A stretch of DNA of 64,000 nt from Opitutia bacterium (GTDB taxonomy: Bacteria; Verrucomicrobiota; Verrucomicrobiia; Opitutales; UBA953): NCBI GenBank assembly GCA_947453335.1, contig CANGFP010000003.1, positions 160,704-224,703 of the forward strand, given 5' to 3'. A program made the translations under genes and the position numbers. The notes below the pieces were generated by a model. It made no database searches. It was not told where the DNA came from and saw only the letters and a list, made by a program, of their open reading frames with translations. Numbering within the stretch: position 1 is the stretch's first letter; each line of letters begins with the position of its first letter. Of the stretch, positions 9,256 through 18,014 are shown one piece after another.

Positions 9256-9867
9256 ATGGCGGGATTCGACGACAGTCTGGTCCGCGAGTTCTTCGAGGTG
9301 AACGGCTTCTACGTACGCCGCGCGCAGAAGGCCGCCGTCGCCGGCAAGCGCAAGCGCGCCGAACCCGAAACGGAGACGCATTTCCGGAACCCACGGCCGC
9401 CGCTGCCCGGCGAACGCGGCTTCCAGCTCTTCGGCTCAGACCTCGTCGGCCTGACGGAGGGCGTAGCCATCGTCCGCGATTGGCACGGCCTGAAGGCCGT
9501 CACGCCGACGGCGATCCGCCGCGGCGACTTCCTGGACTTCATCCGAGAGGACGCCTGCGCCGTCGCCAAGGAAGCGTGGGGCGGCGGCCCGGCGGACGGG
9601 GCGCCCCCGGCCACGAGGATCCTGGTCCTGCCCGGCCTGCCTTCGCAGGAACCGGCGCGCTCGGAAAGCATCCGGCTCCTCCGCGAAGCCGGCGTCGACC
9701 ACGTCATCTCCATCCGCACCGTCGTCGAGAACCTCGTCCAGCACGCCGAGGCGCAGGCCGGACCGGAGACGCCGACCTTGGCCTTGCTTCGCCTGCTCCG
9801 AGCCTACGATATGGTCCGCACCACCCAACTCGAACTGTTCGGCGGCTCCTCCCCTTCCTCCCGGTGA
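9256..9867 (+). CDS. Hypothetical protein
   Basis: The coding-like frame lies between rsmI and lpxA. The ORF-track start at 9220 is a TTG, and the first ATG is at 9256 (MAGFDDSLVREFFEVNGFYV). I recognise no family. Its stop overlaps the lpxA GTG (GTGA). Confidence 0.55.
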   Translation: MAGFDDSLVREFFEVNGFYVRRAQKAAVAGKRKRAEPETETHFRNPRPPLPGERGFQLFGSDLVGLTEGVAIVRDWHGLKAVTPTAIRRGDFLDFIREDACAVAKEAWGGGPADGAPPATRILVLPGLPSQEPARSESIRLLREAGVDHVISIRTVVENLVQHAEAQAGPETPTLALLRLLRAYDMVRTTQLELFGGSSPSSR

Positions 9868-10643
9868 TCCATCCCAGCGCGCAAGTCCATCCCTCAGCGA
9901 ACCTCGCGCCCGACGTCGAAGTCGGCGCGTTCGCGATCGTCGAGGCGGACGTCGTGGTCGGCGCCGGCGGCCGCATCGCGGCGCACGCCATCGTCAAGGC
10001 CCGCGCCCGGCTGGGCGCGCAGGTCAGCGTGGACCATTTCGCCGTCGTCGGCGGCGACCCGCAGGACCTCTCGTTCGACCGGACCACGCCCTCGGGCGTG
10101 CGCATCGGCGACCGCACCGTCATCCGCGAGCACGTCACCATCCACCGCGCCACCAAGCCCGGGACGGAGACGGTGGTCGGCGCGGACGGCCTCCTCATGG
10201 CCGGCGCGCACGTCGCGCACGACTGCGTCCTCGGCGACCACGTCATCCTCGCCAACGGCTGCATGCTCGGCGGACACGTGCACGTCGGCGACCGCGCCTT
10301 CGTCAGCGGCGGCGTCGCGGTGCACCAGTTCTGCCGAGTCGGCGGAGGCTCGTTGACCTCCGGCAACGCGGTGGTGACCGAGGACGTCCCGCCGAACGTC
10401 CTGGCCTACGGCCGCAACGAATGCGCCGGCCTGAACCTCATCGGCCTCCGCCGCCGCGGCCTGCCGACGGAGACCGTCGCCGAACTCAAGCAGGCCTACC
10501 ACCGCGTCTACGCCCCGGGCGGGAACTGCGCCGCCCTCGCGCAGGCCGCGCTCGACGCGGGCGCCTTCCGTTCCGCCGAAGCCGAGGCGTTCCTCCGCTT
10601 CTTCCTCGGCGGCAAGCGCGGCCGCTTCGTCCAGCCCGCATGA
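9864..10643 (+). CDS. lpxA: Acyl-ACP--UDP-N-acetylglucosamine O-acyltransferase
   Basis: It is the last 259 codons of the 387-aa ORF, starting at a GTG at 9864 (VIHPSAQVHPSANLAPDVEVGAFA). It has left-handed beta-helix hexapeptide repeats. The LpxA C-terminal helical domain is present (GLNLIGLRRRGLPTETVAELKQAYHRVY). Confidence 0.9.
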   Translation: MIHPSAQVHPSANLAPDVEVGAFAIVEADVVVGAGGRIAAHAIVKARARLGAQVSVDHFAVVGGDPQDLSFDRTTPSGVRIGDRTVIREHVTIHRATKPGTETVVGADGLLMAGAHVAHDCVLGDHVILANGCMLGGHVHVGDRAFVSGGVAVHQFCRVGGGSLTSGNAVVTEDVPPNVLAYGRNECAGLNLIGLRRRGLPTETVAELKQAYHRVYAPGGNCAALAQAALDAGAFRSAEAEAFLRFFLGGKRGRFVQPA

Positions 10644-11542
10644 GCCGACCGCCCTTAGCGCTGACCTGCGGCGACCCCGCGGGCGTCGGTCCCGAACTCA
10701 TCGAAGGCTGGTTGCGCGCGCATCAGGAGCTCGCCGCGCAGGTCGTACCCATCGGGCCGGCGCGTTGGATCGCTCGCCTCGGGCACGGTCAGGCCGTCGG
10801 CCCGGCGGATTACGAAGCCCACCTTGGGCGGCCCGACGAGACCGGCCAACTGATCGCCCTGGAGGCGATGGAGCTCGCCGCGCGCGGCGCGACCGGTGGG
10901 CGCTTCGGTGGCGTCGTCACCGGCCCCGTGAACAAGAAAGGACTGGCGGACGTCGGTTACACCTTCCCCGGACAGACCGAATTCTTCGCGCACCGCTGGG
11001 GCGGCGACCCCGTCATGGCCTTCGCCGGCGGACGTCTCACCGTCGGCTTGGCGACCTGGCACATCCCGCTGCGCGCCGTCGCCGACACGCTGACCGCCGC
11101 GGACATCCGCCGCACGGCGTTGGCGTTGATCGAGCTCCGGCGCAAGCTGGGCGACGCCCGACCGCGCATCGCCGTCTGCGGCCTGAACCCCCACGCGGGC
11201 GAAGGCGGGCTGCTGGGCGCCGAAGACGACGCCGTCATCAGGCCGGCGGTCGAACGACTCCGCGCCGAAGGCCATGACGTGAGCGGCCCGCTGCCGGGCG
11301 ACACCGTCTTCCATCGCCAATTGCAGGGCGAGTTCGACGCCATCGTGGCGACCTACCACGACCAAGGCCTCGCGCCGCTGAAGGCCATCGACTTCAGCAC
11401 CTCCGCGAACCTCTCGCTCGGCCTGCGCCACGTGCGGACCAGCCCAGACCACGGGACCGCCTACGCCCTCGCCGGCCAAGGCCAAGCCGACCGCGGCAGC
11501 TTCGACGCCGCCGTGCGGCTCGCTTTCGCGCTTTCCGCCTGA
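10640..11542 (+). CDS. pdxA: 4-hydroxythreonine-4-phosphate dehydrogenase
   Basis: The in-frame ATG at 10640 overlaps the lpxA stop (ATGA). Matching segments are LALTCGDPAGVGPEL, VTGPVNK, GLNPHAGEGG, TYHDQGLAPLK and RTSPDHGTA. Confidence 0.9.
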   Translation: MSRPPLALTCGDPAGVGPELIEGWLRAHQELAAQVVPIGPARWIARLGHGQAVGPADYEAHLGRPDETGQLIALEAMELAARGATGGRFGGVVTGPVNKKGLADVGYTFPGQTEFFAHRWGGDPVMAFAGGRLTVGLATWHIPLRAVADTLTAADIRRTALALIELRRKLGDARPRIAVCGLNPHAGEGGLLGAEDDAVIRPAVERLRAEGHDVSGPLPGDTVFHRQLQGEFDAIVATYHDQGLAPLKAIDFSTSANLSLGLRHVRTSPDHGTAYALAGQGQADRGSFDAAVRLAFALSA

Positions 11543-12339
11543 TGCTCCGAGCCCTCCTGTTCCTGCTGGGTTGGGTCGCGGTGGCCAGCGGCACGGAACC
11601 CCCAGCGCGCATCGCCAGCTACAGCCCCGGCGCGACGCAGACGCTGCTGGACCTCGGTCTCGGCGGACGGATCGTCGCCGCGACGCGCTGGTGTCCGCTG
11701 CCGAAAGCCCATCCTGCGGCGCGCGACTGCGATGCCTTCAACCCGGACCTCGAGACCCTGTTGCGGACGAAACCCGACCTCGTGATCCTGCCGCGTTTGG
11801 CGAATCCGCTCTGGGCCGAACGTTGCGAACGCGCTGGCTTGCGGGTACTGGTGCTCCGACCCGAAAGCGCGACCTCCGCCCAACAGGACATCACCAGCCT
11901 CGCGCAGGCGACAGGACGGGAAACCGCCGCCCGGGAACTCATCGCCAAAACGCCGCCGCCGACCAGAGCCACCAAGACCCTCCTGGTGATCTGGGACGGC
12001 ATGATGGCAGGCCCGGACGCCTATGTCGCCTGGCCGTTGAGGCAGGCCGGCTTCGTCTCCCCCCTGGCCACGGGCACTTGGATCAAACTGGACTGGGAAA
12101 CGCTGCTCAAAGCGGATCCGGACGCCGTCCTCTGGGTTGAATCGGCACCCGAAAACCAGCCCATCAGTCCCTCTGAAAAGCACCTCAAAGAACTATCAGA
12201 AATCGTTGGCATAAAAGAACTTAAGTTAGTTAAGTCTAAGCAGGTCTACTCCACCCAAAGCGGGAGCGACTGGCTGCCAGGGAGTGGGTTGGTACAGATA
12301 GCCGAGCAACTGCGAGCCATCAGGAACAACCTTCCCTGA
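11542..12339 (+). CDS. Periplasmic ABC-type substrate-binding protein (BtuF/FecB-like, cobalamin/iron-complex class)
   Basis: This is a 265-aa ORF with signal peptide MLRALLFLLGWVAVASG. It has the family pattern RIASYSPGATQTLLDLGLGGRIVA ... NPDLETLLRTKPDLVI. There is no permease or ATPase partner in the window. The last roughly 60 codons are visibly AT-richer. Confidence 0.75.
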   Translation: MLRALLFLLGWVAVASGTEPPARIASYSPGATQTLLDLGLGGRIVAATRWCPLPKAHPAARDCDAFNPDLETLLRTKPDLVILPRLANPLWAERCERAGLRVLVLRPESATSAQQDITSLAQATGRETAARELIAKTPPPTRATKTLLVIWDGMMAGPDAYVAWPLRQAGFVSPLATGTWIKLDWETLLKADPDAVLWVESAPENQPISPSEKHLKELSEIVGIKELKLVKSKQVYSTQSGSDWLPGSGLVQIAEQLRAIRNNLP

Positions 12340-12408
12340 CCTAGGTAACCTTACTGTTTTCGGGCATTTGACAGACCTTAGAAAAGGTACAGAGTGTAAT
12401 CCTCCACC

Positions 12409-12723
12409 ATGAACACCAAGTTCCTCAAACTCCTCCTCACCTCCGCCAGCGTCCTCGCTCTCGCGGCAGTCGTCTCCTTCGCCGAAGAACCGGCCAAGAA
12501 GGATGGCGAGAAGAAGTGCCCTAACTGCCCTGACGCCCCCGCTCCCAAGGCCTTGATCGTTTCCGAAGAAGCCCCGGCCAAGAAGGACGGCGAAAAGAAG
12601 TGCCCCAACTGCCCCGACGCTCCGGCCCCCAAGGCCCTCGTCGCCGCGGAAGAAGCTCCTGTCAAGAAGGACGGCGAGAAGAAGTGCCCCAACTGCCCCG
12701 ACGCTCCGGCTCCGAAGGCCTAA
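12409..12723 (+). CDS. Small secreted repeat protein with three CPNC (CxxC) modules
   Basis: This is a 104-aa ORF. The signal peptide is MNTKFLKLLLTSASVLALAAVVSFA|EE. It is followed by three repeats of EEAP(A/V)KKDGEKKCPNCPDAPAPKA. A strong terminator follows directly. Confidence 0.75.
   Translation: MNTKFLKLLLTSASVLALAAVVSFAEEPAKKDGEKKCPNCPDAPAPKALIVSEEAPAKKDGEKKCPNCPDAPAPKALVAAEEAPVKKDGEKKCPNCPDAPAPKA
12484..12720 (+). repeat. Three tandem in-frame coding repeats (81, 84 and 72 bp)
   Basis: The copies lie at 12484-12564, 12565-12648 and 12649-12720. In the core KKDGEKKCPNCPDAPAPKA, every nucleotide difference between copies is synonymous (GAT/GAC, GAG/GAA, CCT/CCC, GCC/GCT, CCC/CCG). Confidence 0.9.
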
Positions 12724-12742
12724 TTCCTTAGGAAACTAGCGC

Positions 12743-12777
12743 AAAGGGCGGACCAACTGGTCCGCCCTTTTTGTTTT
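12743..12777. terminator. Bidirectional intrinsic terminator between the CPNC gene and gmhB
   Basis: The sequence is AAA-GGGCGGACCA-AC-TGGTCCGCCC-TTTTTGTTTT. It has a 10-bp perfect stem, with a U-tract on the plus strand and an A-tract upstream that gives a U-tract on the minus strand. The T-run abuts the gmhB stop. Confidence 0.8.
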
Positions 12778-13337
12778 CAGAACGCCAAACCCAGGTCGAG
12801 ACGGACGAATTCCGGGAAGTCCGCGCGGATCGTGAACCCTTGGGCCTCTGCATAGGCGAAATCCTCGGGACGACCAGCGCCGCTCCGCACCGCGCAGGAG
12901 CGGATTCCGGCGTTCTTGCCTGCGTCCCAATCCGTGATGCGGTCGCCCACCATCCAACAACGAGCCGGATCGAGCCCATGCTTGGCGATCATCTCGGAAA
13001 TGAACCGTGGACTCGGCTTACGGTAGACCGAAGGTTCGTCCGGGCGTTCAGGGGCGGCCTTGATCTCAAGGATGCCAGGCGTCGGCAACGCGAGCAATTC
13101 AAGCATCCGGCGATTGCAGGCATGATACTGCGCCCACGTGAATTTACCGCGGTTGATCCCGCTCTGGTTGGTCAGGATGAATAGCCGATAGCCCGCGTTT
13201 AGGCAGGCTTCCAAGGCAGGCTTAACCCCGGCAATCGGGCTGATTTGGTGGACCTCGCACGTATGGTGGTGGTCCTCGATGAGGTTTCCGTCCCGATCGA
13301 GGAAGAGCGCAGGGGCTAAAGCCATGAAAAGAGCCAA
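12777..13337 (-). CDS. gmhB: D-glycero-D-manno-heptose 1,7-bisphosphate phosphatase (HAD-IIIA)
   Basis: HAD motif I is ALFLDRDGNLI. Other matching segments are ILTNQSGINRGKFT, YRKPSPRFI and WMVGDRITDWDAGKNAG. The start could be M1 or M5. Confidence 0.8.
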   Translation of the reverse strand: MALFMALAPALFLDRDGNLIEDHHHTCEVHQISPIAGVKPALEACLNAGYRLFILTNQSGINRGKFTWAQYHACNRRMLELLALPTPGILEIKAAPERPDEPSVYRKPSPRFISEMIAKHGLDPARCWMVGDRITDWDAGKNAGIRSCAVRSGAGRPEDFAYAEAQGFTIRADFPEFVRLDLGLAF

Positions 13338-13427
13338 ACCACCCCCCGCCTAGGCGCAAGCCCTTGAAAGGGGGCTTGACCGAGGGGGGTGGAGGGATAG
13401 AACCGACCCTCATCCCAGCGCAGAACC

Positions 13428-13607
13428 ATGGCCAATCCGAAACGTAAACAGTCCAAGCGTCGCAGCCGCCTCCGTCGTGGCGCCAACCAGTTCCGTGCTC
13501 CCAAGCTCGTGCGTGACGCTGAATCCGGCGCCCTACGCCGCTCCCACCGCGTCGACCCCACCACGGGGAAGTACCGCGGCCGTCAGGTCCTCGACACCGA
13601 GGCCTAA
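13428..13607 (+). CDS. rpmF: 50S ribosomal protein L32
   Basis: It is not in the ORF track because it is only 59 aa. By hand translation: MANPKRKQSKRRSRLRRGANQFRAPKLVRDAESGALRRSHRVDPTTGKYRGRQVLDTEA. The L32 N-terminal signature is present, and the gene order rpmF-plsX-fabH is the classical one. Confidence 0.9.
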   Translation: MANPKRKQSKRRSRLRRGANQFRAPKLVRDAESGALRRSHRVDPTTGKYRGRQVLDTEA

Positions 13608-13637
13608 AGCCTCCCATCGGGCCCTTGCCCGTAGCGC

Positions 13638-14708
13638 ATGAGTGAAGTCACCCAGCCCGTCGGCCATAAGATCGCCTTAGACTGCATGGGTGGTGACCTT
13701 GGTCCTGCCGAAGCCGTCGCCGCAGCCGCCTTGGCGATCCGCGAAGGCATCGTCGGGCCTGACGACACCCTGGTCCTCGTCGGCCACGAGGACAACCTGC
13801 GCCTGTTGGCGATGGAGAGCCGCATCCACAACTCCAAGCGTATCCAGTTCAAGCACGCCCCCGGCGTCGTGAACCCGGACGACGCGGCGATGACCGTCAT
13901 CAAGTCCAAGCGCGACTCCTCGATGGTGATCGCGCTCGAGATGCTGAAGGCCGGTGAAGTCGAAGCCGTCGTCTCGACGGGCAACACCAAGGCGCTCGTG
14001 GCCGCCGGCACCATCAAGGTCCGCACCATGGAAGGCGCCGAACGCCCAGCGCTGGCGGCGATCATGCCCCGCCGCGAAGGCCACTTCGTCATGCTCGACG
14101 TCGGGGCCAACCCCGAAGCCAAGCCCGAACACCTTCTGCACAACGCCGTCCTCGGTTCGATCTACGCGCAGAGCGCGCTGGGCATCGCGAACCCGCGGGT
14201 CGGCCTGCTCACCGTCGGCACCGAGGAAGGCAAGGGCGGCGCGCGCATCAACCGCACGCACACCCTGCTCAAGGCGATGGGCGACAAGATCAACTACGTC
14301 GGACCCGTCGAAGGCTTCGACGTCTTCGGCGACTGCTGCGACGTCGTCGTCACGGACGGCTTCACCGGCAACGTGATCCTCAAGACCTTGGAAGGCCTCG
14401 TCTACATGGTCCGCGACATGATCGGCAGCAAGGTGAAGCGCAATCCGGTCTACCTGGCCGGCGGCATCGCCATGTTCCCGCTGCTCCGCGACCTCAAGGG
14501 CAAGCTCAAGCCGGAACGCTACGGCGGAGCGCCCCTGCTCGGCTTGGCCGGCCTCGTCATGAAGGCCCACGGCTCCAGCAACCGCCAAGGCATCGCCAGC
14601 GCCATCCGCCTCGGCTACGAAGCCCTTGGCCACGGCGCCGGCCGCCGCATGCAGGCCGGCCTGAGCGAGGCAAACGCGGTGATTTCGGCCAACCCCGAGG
14701 TCGCCTGA
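13638..14708 (+). CDS. plsX: Phosphate acyltransferase
   Basis: This is a 356-aa ORF. Matching segments are IALDCMGGDLGP, VSTGNTKALVA, TDGFTGNVILKTLEG and GAPLLGLAGLVMKAHGSS. Confidence 0.95.
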   Translation: MSEVTQPVGHKIALDCMGGDLGPAEAVAAAALAIREGIVGPDDTLVLVGHEDNLRLLAMESRIHNSKRIQFKHAPGVVNPDDAAMTVIKSKRDSSMVIALEMLKAGEVEAVVSTGNTKALVAAGTIKVRTMEGAERPALAAIMPRREGHFVMLDVGANPEAKPEHLLHNAVLGSIYAQSALGIANPRVGLLTVGTEEGKGGARINRTHTLLKAMGDKINYVGPVEGFDVFGDCCDVVVTDGFTGNVILKTLEGLVYMVRDMIGSKVKRNPVYLAGGIAMFPLLRDLKGKLKPERYGGAPLLGLAGLVMKAHGSSNRQGIASAIRLGYEALGHGAGRRMQAGLSEANAVISANPEVA

Positions 14709-14755
14709 GGTTTTAGTGTTCCCTTCCCGCCCCGGCGGGTCTTTTCTCACGGTCC

Positions 14756-15772
14756 TTGATGAGCACTGCCGCGCTATCAGTCTTCATCCGCTCCGTCGGA
14801 GTCCACGCTCCGGAGCGGAAGCTGACCAACGACGACCTGTCCAAGCTCGTCGACACGAACGACGAGTGGATCAAGACGCGCTCCGGCATCTCCGAGCGAC
14901 GCATCGCCGGCGCCGACGAGAACCCCTCGGACATGGGCGCCAAGGCCGCCGCGCAAGCCCTGCGGAACGCCGGCCTCACCCCGGCGGACATCGACCTGCT
15001 GATCGTGGCGACGATGACGCCCGACGTCCCCTTCCCTTCGACCGCCTGCCTGCTCCAGGCCAAGCTCGGCCTGCGCCGAGACATCCCGGCCTTCGACGTC
15101 TCCGCCGCGTGCTCGGGCTTCGTCTTCGCGCTCCAGGTCGGGACCGACATGCTGCGCTCGGGCCGCTACCGCCGCGCGCTCATCGTCGGCGCCGAGAAGC
15201 TCTCCAACGTCGTCGACTGGCAGGACCGCACCACCTGCGTCCTCTTCGGCGACGGCGCGGGCGCGGCGGTGATCGAGACCACGACCACCCCGGACGTCGG
15301 CATCCTCGGCAACCTGCTCGGCTCGGACGGCGGCAACGCCGAGCTCATCCACTGCGTCGCCGGCGGCTCCGCCAAGCCCGCGACCGCGGAGACCCTGGCG
15401 GCCCGCGAGCACTGCCTGCGCATGAACGGCAAGGAAGTCTTCAAGCTCGCCGTGCGCGTCATGTCCGAGTCCTGCCAGCGCGTCCTGGCGCAGTGCGGCG
15501 TCACCTCGGACCAGGTCGCCTGGTTCATCCCGCACCAGGCCAACGCCCGCATCCTCGAGGCCGTCGCCGGACAGCTGAACGTCGGGCTCGACCGCTTCCC
15601 GTCCAACCTGGACCGCTACGGCAACACCTCCGCCGCCTCCATCCCCCTCGCGCTCGAGGAGGCGTGGCGCGGCGGCAAGATCAAGCACGGCGACCTCGTG
15701 CTCCTCGTCGCCTTCGGCTCCGGCCTCACCTGGGGCGCAACCCTCCTCCGCTGGCATGAACCTACCCGTTAA
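14756..15772 (+). CDS. fabH: 3-oxoacyl-ACP synthase III
   Basis: This is a 338-aa ORF. Matching segments are TNDEWIKTRSGISERR, the active-site AACSGF, FIPHQANARI, GNTSAASIP and the C-terminal FGSGLTWGA. Confidence 0.95.
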   Translation: MMSTAALSVFIRSVGVHAPERKLTNDDLSKLVDTNDEWIKTRSGISERRIAGADENPSDMGAKAAAQALRNAGLTPADIDLLIVATMTPDVPFPSTACLLQAKLGLRRDIPAFDVSAACSGFVFALQVGTDMLRSGRYRRALIVGAEKLSNVVDWQDRTTCVLFGDGAGAAVIETTTTPDVGILGNLLGSDGGNAELIHCVAGGSAKPATAETLAAREHCLRMNGKEVFKLAVRVMSESCQRVLAQCGVTSDQVAWFIPHQANARILEAVAGQLNVGLDRFPSNLDRYGNTSAASIPLALEEAWRGGKIKHGDLVLLVAFGSGLTWGATLLRWHEPTR

Positions 15773-16877
15773 GACCTTCCTCGCAGCCTGCTGCCTGCTG
15801 AGCCTCTCGGCCTCCGCTGAACTCGTGCACGTCGACGGCGGCTGGCGCCTCAAGCCCGGCAGCGAAACGGACACCAAGCCCGCGGCGCGCGCCGAAGAAG
15901 TCATCAAGGCCATCGACCACGCCGAGAACCTCGCGATCATGCAGGAGGAACGCGCGGCGCTCGCGCTCTGGACCAAGCTGATCGAGACCGAGGCCGGCAC
16001 GGACGCCGAAGCCGTCGCGCTCCTCGGCCGCGCGCGCCTCTACGCCCGACGCGGCCAGCTCGACAGCGCCGAGGCCGACCTCGACGCGCTCTACAAGGGC
16101 CACTCGAACTTCTCCGGCTTCGGGGAAGCCGTCCAGGCCGCCTTCGACCTCGCGCAGCGTTTCGAGCAAGGCCAGCGACGCTACCTCGGAGGCTGGTTCC
16201 CGTGGTTCAAGGACCCCCTCCACGCCCTGACCATCTACGACAAGATCCTCAAAGTCGCGCCGAACGGACCGCTCGCCGAGGAAAGCCTCATCCACGCGGC
16301 GCGCCTCGCCGCGCGCGAGGACCGCAACGAGGTCTACAACGAGATGCTGGAGCGCCTCGTGAGCGACTACCCGAACTCGAAACACGCGCCGGAGGCCTTG
16401 GAGCGCCTCGCGAAGCTGCGCGGCTCGGAGTCGATGGGCCCGGACTTCGACCAGGCCACCACGCTCGAATCCGCCGACCACTGGCGCACGCTGGCCGACC
16501 AGTTCCCGCAGAACCCGCGCGCGCGGGACGCCGCGGAGCAGATCAAGGCCTTGCGCGACCGCGCCGCGCGCGCCCGCCTCAACCTCGGCAAGTTCTACTG
16601 GTACAAGCGCAACAACCCCGAGGCCGCCAAGCTGATGGCCAACGCCTGCCGCAGCCTGTCGCCGGAATCCGAGGCCGCCAAGGAGGCCGAGACACTGCTG
16701 GCCGAGATCGCCGCGAACCCGAATCCGCCGACGACCATCGCGGACACCCTGCTCGGCCGCTACCCGCGGCCCCGGACCGTCGCGGACGCCAAGCCGACCG
16801 CGGTCGGCGACGACCTCGACACGCTGGGTTTCCGCAAGGAAGCGCCGAAGTCCGCCACCGAAACCGAACGCCGCTGA
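15756..16877 (+). CDS. Secreted TPR-like protein, BamD/YfiO- or YbgF-like outer-membrane assembly factor
   Basis: This is a 373-aa ORF with signal peptide MNLPVKTFLAACCLLSLSASA. It has helical repeats with the (D)YPNSKHAPEALERLA signature, as seen in BamD/YbgF. It overlaps the fabH 3' end by 17 nt. The family assignment is tentative. Confidence 0.5.
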   Translation: MNLPVKTFLAACCLLSLSASAELVHVDGGWRLKPGSETDTKPAARAEEVIKAIDHAENLAIMQEERAALALWTKLIETEAGTDAEAVALLGRARLYARRGQLDSAEADLDALYKGHSNFSGFGEAVQAAFDLAQRFEQGQRRYLGGWFPWFKDPLHALTIYDKILKVAPNGPLAEESLIHAARLAAREDRNEVYNEMLERLVSDYPNSKHAPEALERLAKLRGSESMGPDFDQATTLESADHWRTLADQFPQNPRARDAAEQIKALRDRAARARLNLGKFYWYKRNNPEAAKLMANACRSLSPESEAAKEAETLLAEIAANPNPPTTIADTLLGRYPRPRTVADAKPTAVGDDLDTLGFRKEAPKSATETERR

Positions 16878-17362
16878 TGAACCGCCTCCTGACCGCCGGC
16901 CTCGCCGCCTTCCTCGTCGGCTGCTCCGCGTACCAGCTAGGCGGCCCCAAACCCGCCTTCACGCGCATCGAGGTCTCGCCGATCAAGAACGCCTCGTCCC
17001 GTCCCGGCCTCCAGGCCATCTTCCAGGAGAAGCTCACGGAAGACTTCGGCCGCGACCCGCGCGTCAAGGTCGGCCCAGGTGGCGCCAAGCTCGACGTCGA
17101 AGTCTCGCAGTACCGCCGCGACGGCCTGACGACCAAGTCGACCGACGCCTACAGCTACTCGAGCTACCGCGTGACCGTCTCGGCCCGCTGCACGCTCACG
17201 ACCGATGGCGGCCGCAAGGTGCTCTTCAAGGACCGCGAGTTCACCGCCGTCGCCACGCTGCAGCTCGCGGGCGACGCCGCCTCCGAGGAACGCAGCCTCG
17301 CCCCGGGCCTCCTGAACGACCTCTCCGCCCAGATCCGCGAGGCGGCCACGACCGCCTGGTAA
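16877..17362 (+). CDS. LptE-like LPS-assembly lipoprotein
   Basis: The in-frame ATG at 16877 shares one base with the upstream TGA. The lipobox is AAFLVGC|SAYQLGG. It is about 160 aa of beta-rich sequence (KLDVEVSQYRRDGL ... YRVTVSARCTLTTDGGRKVLF) resembling LptE. Confidence 0.55.
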   Translation: MNRLLTAGLAAFLVGCSAYQLGGPKPAFTRIEVSPIKNASSRPGLQAIFQEKLTEDFGRDPRVKVGPGGAKLDVEVSQYRRDGLTTKSTDAYSYSSYRVTVSARCTLTTDGGRKVLFKDREFTAVATLQLAGDAASEERSLAPGLLNDLSAQIREAATTAW

Positions 17363-17363
17363 G

Positions 17364-18014
17364 ATGCCCGCCCCCGTCGTCGCCCCGTCCCTGCTCGCCG
17401 CGAACCACGGCGAGTTCCTCGCCGGTATCCGCGCGATCGAGGAAGCCGGCCTGACCTGGGTCCACCTCGACATCATGGACGGCCACTTCGTGCCGAACAT
17501 CAGCTTCGGCCCGCAGGTGGTCGCCGACCTCCGTCCGCGCACGGCGCTGCACTTCGACGTGCACCTGATGCTGACGCACCCCGACCGCTTCATCGCGCCG
17601 TTCGCCAAGGCGGGCGCCGAACGGCTCACCGTGCACATCGAGGCCGAGCACGACATGGCGAAGACGCTCGCGGCGATCAAGGCCGCCGGGCTCAAGGCCG
17701 GCATCGCGATGAACCCCGACGGCGACCCGCGCCGCCTGCTCCCGTTCCTCGACGCCGTCGACCTCGTGCTCTGCATGACCGTGTTCCCCGGCTTCGGCGG
17801 ACAAGCCTTCATCCCCGGCGTGCTCGACAGCCTCCGCTTCCTCGCGGACGAACGCCGCAGGCGCGGGCTCGACTTCCGCCTCGAGGTGGACGGCGGCGTC
17901 AACGCCGAGACCGGCCTGCTTTGCCGCGCGGCCGGGGCCGACACGCTCGTCGCCGGCACCGCCTTCTACAAGGCGCCGGACCGCCGGGCCTTCGTCGCGG
18001 GCCTGACCGCCTAA
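17364..18014 (+). CDS. rpe: Ribulose-phosphate 3-epimerase
   Basis: This is a 216-aa ORF. Matching segments are VHLDIMDGHFVPNISFGP, FDVHLM, MTVFPGFGGQAF and VDGGVN. Confidence 0.95.
   Translation: MPAPVVAPSLLAANHGEFLAGIRAIEEAGLTWVHLDIMDGHFVPNISFGPQVVADLRPRTALHFDVHLMLTHPDRFIAPFAKAGAERLTVHIEAEHDMAKTLAAIKAAGLKAGIAMNPDGDPRRLLPFLDAVDLVLCMTVFPGFGGQAFIPGVLDSLRFLADERRRRGLDFRLEVDGGVNAETGLLCRAAGADTLVAGTAFYKAPDRRAFVAGLTA

Noticed and set aside
12368-12400. A candidate sigma70 promoter for the CPNC gene (TTGACA at 12368-12373).
   Set aside because: The best -10-like hexamer (TGTAAT at 12395-12400) is 21 nt away. That spacing is too long, so I cannot support a promoter call from sequence alone.
12484-12720. 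The tandem repeats considered as a possible CRISPR array or non-coding satellite.
   Set aside because: The repeats are contiguous with no spacers and stay in frame (81, 84 and 72 bp). They lie behind a signal peptide in an ORF. Between copies they differ almost only at synonymous sites, so they are coding repeats.
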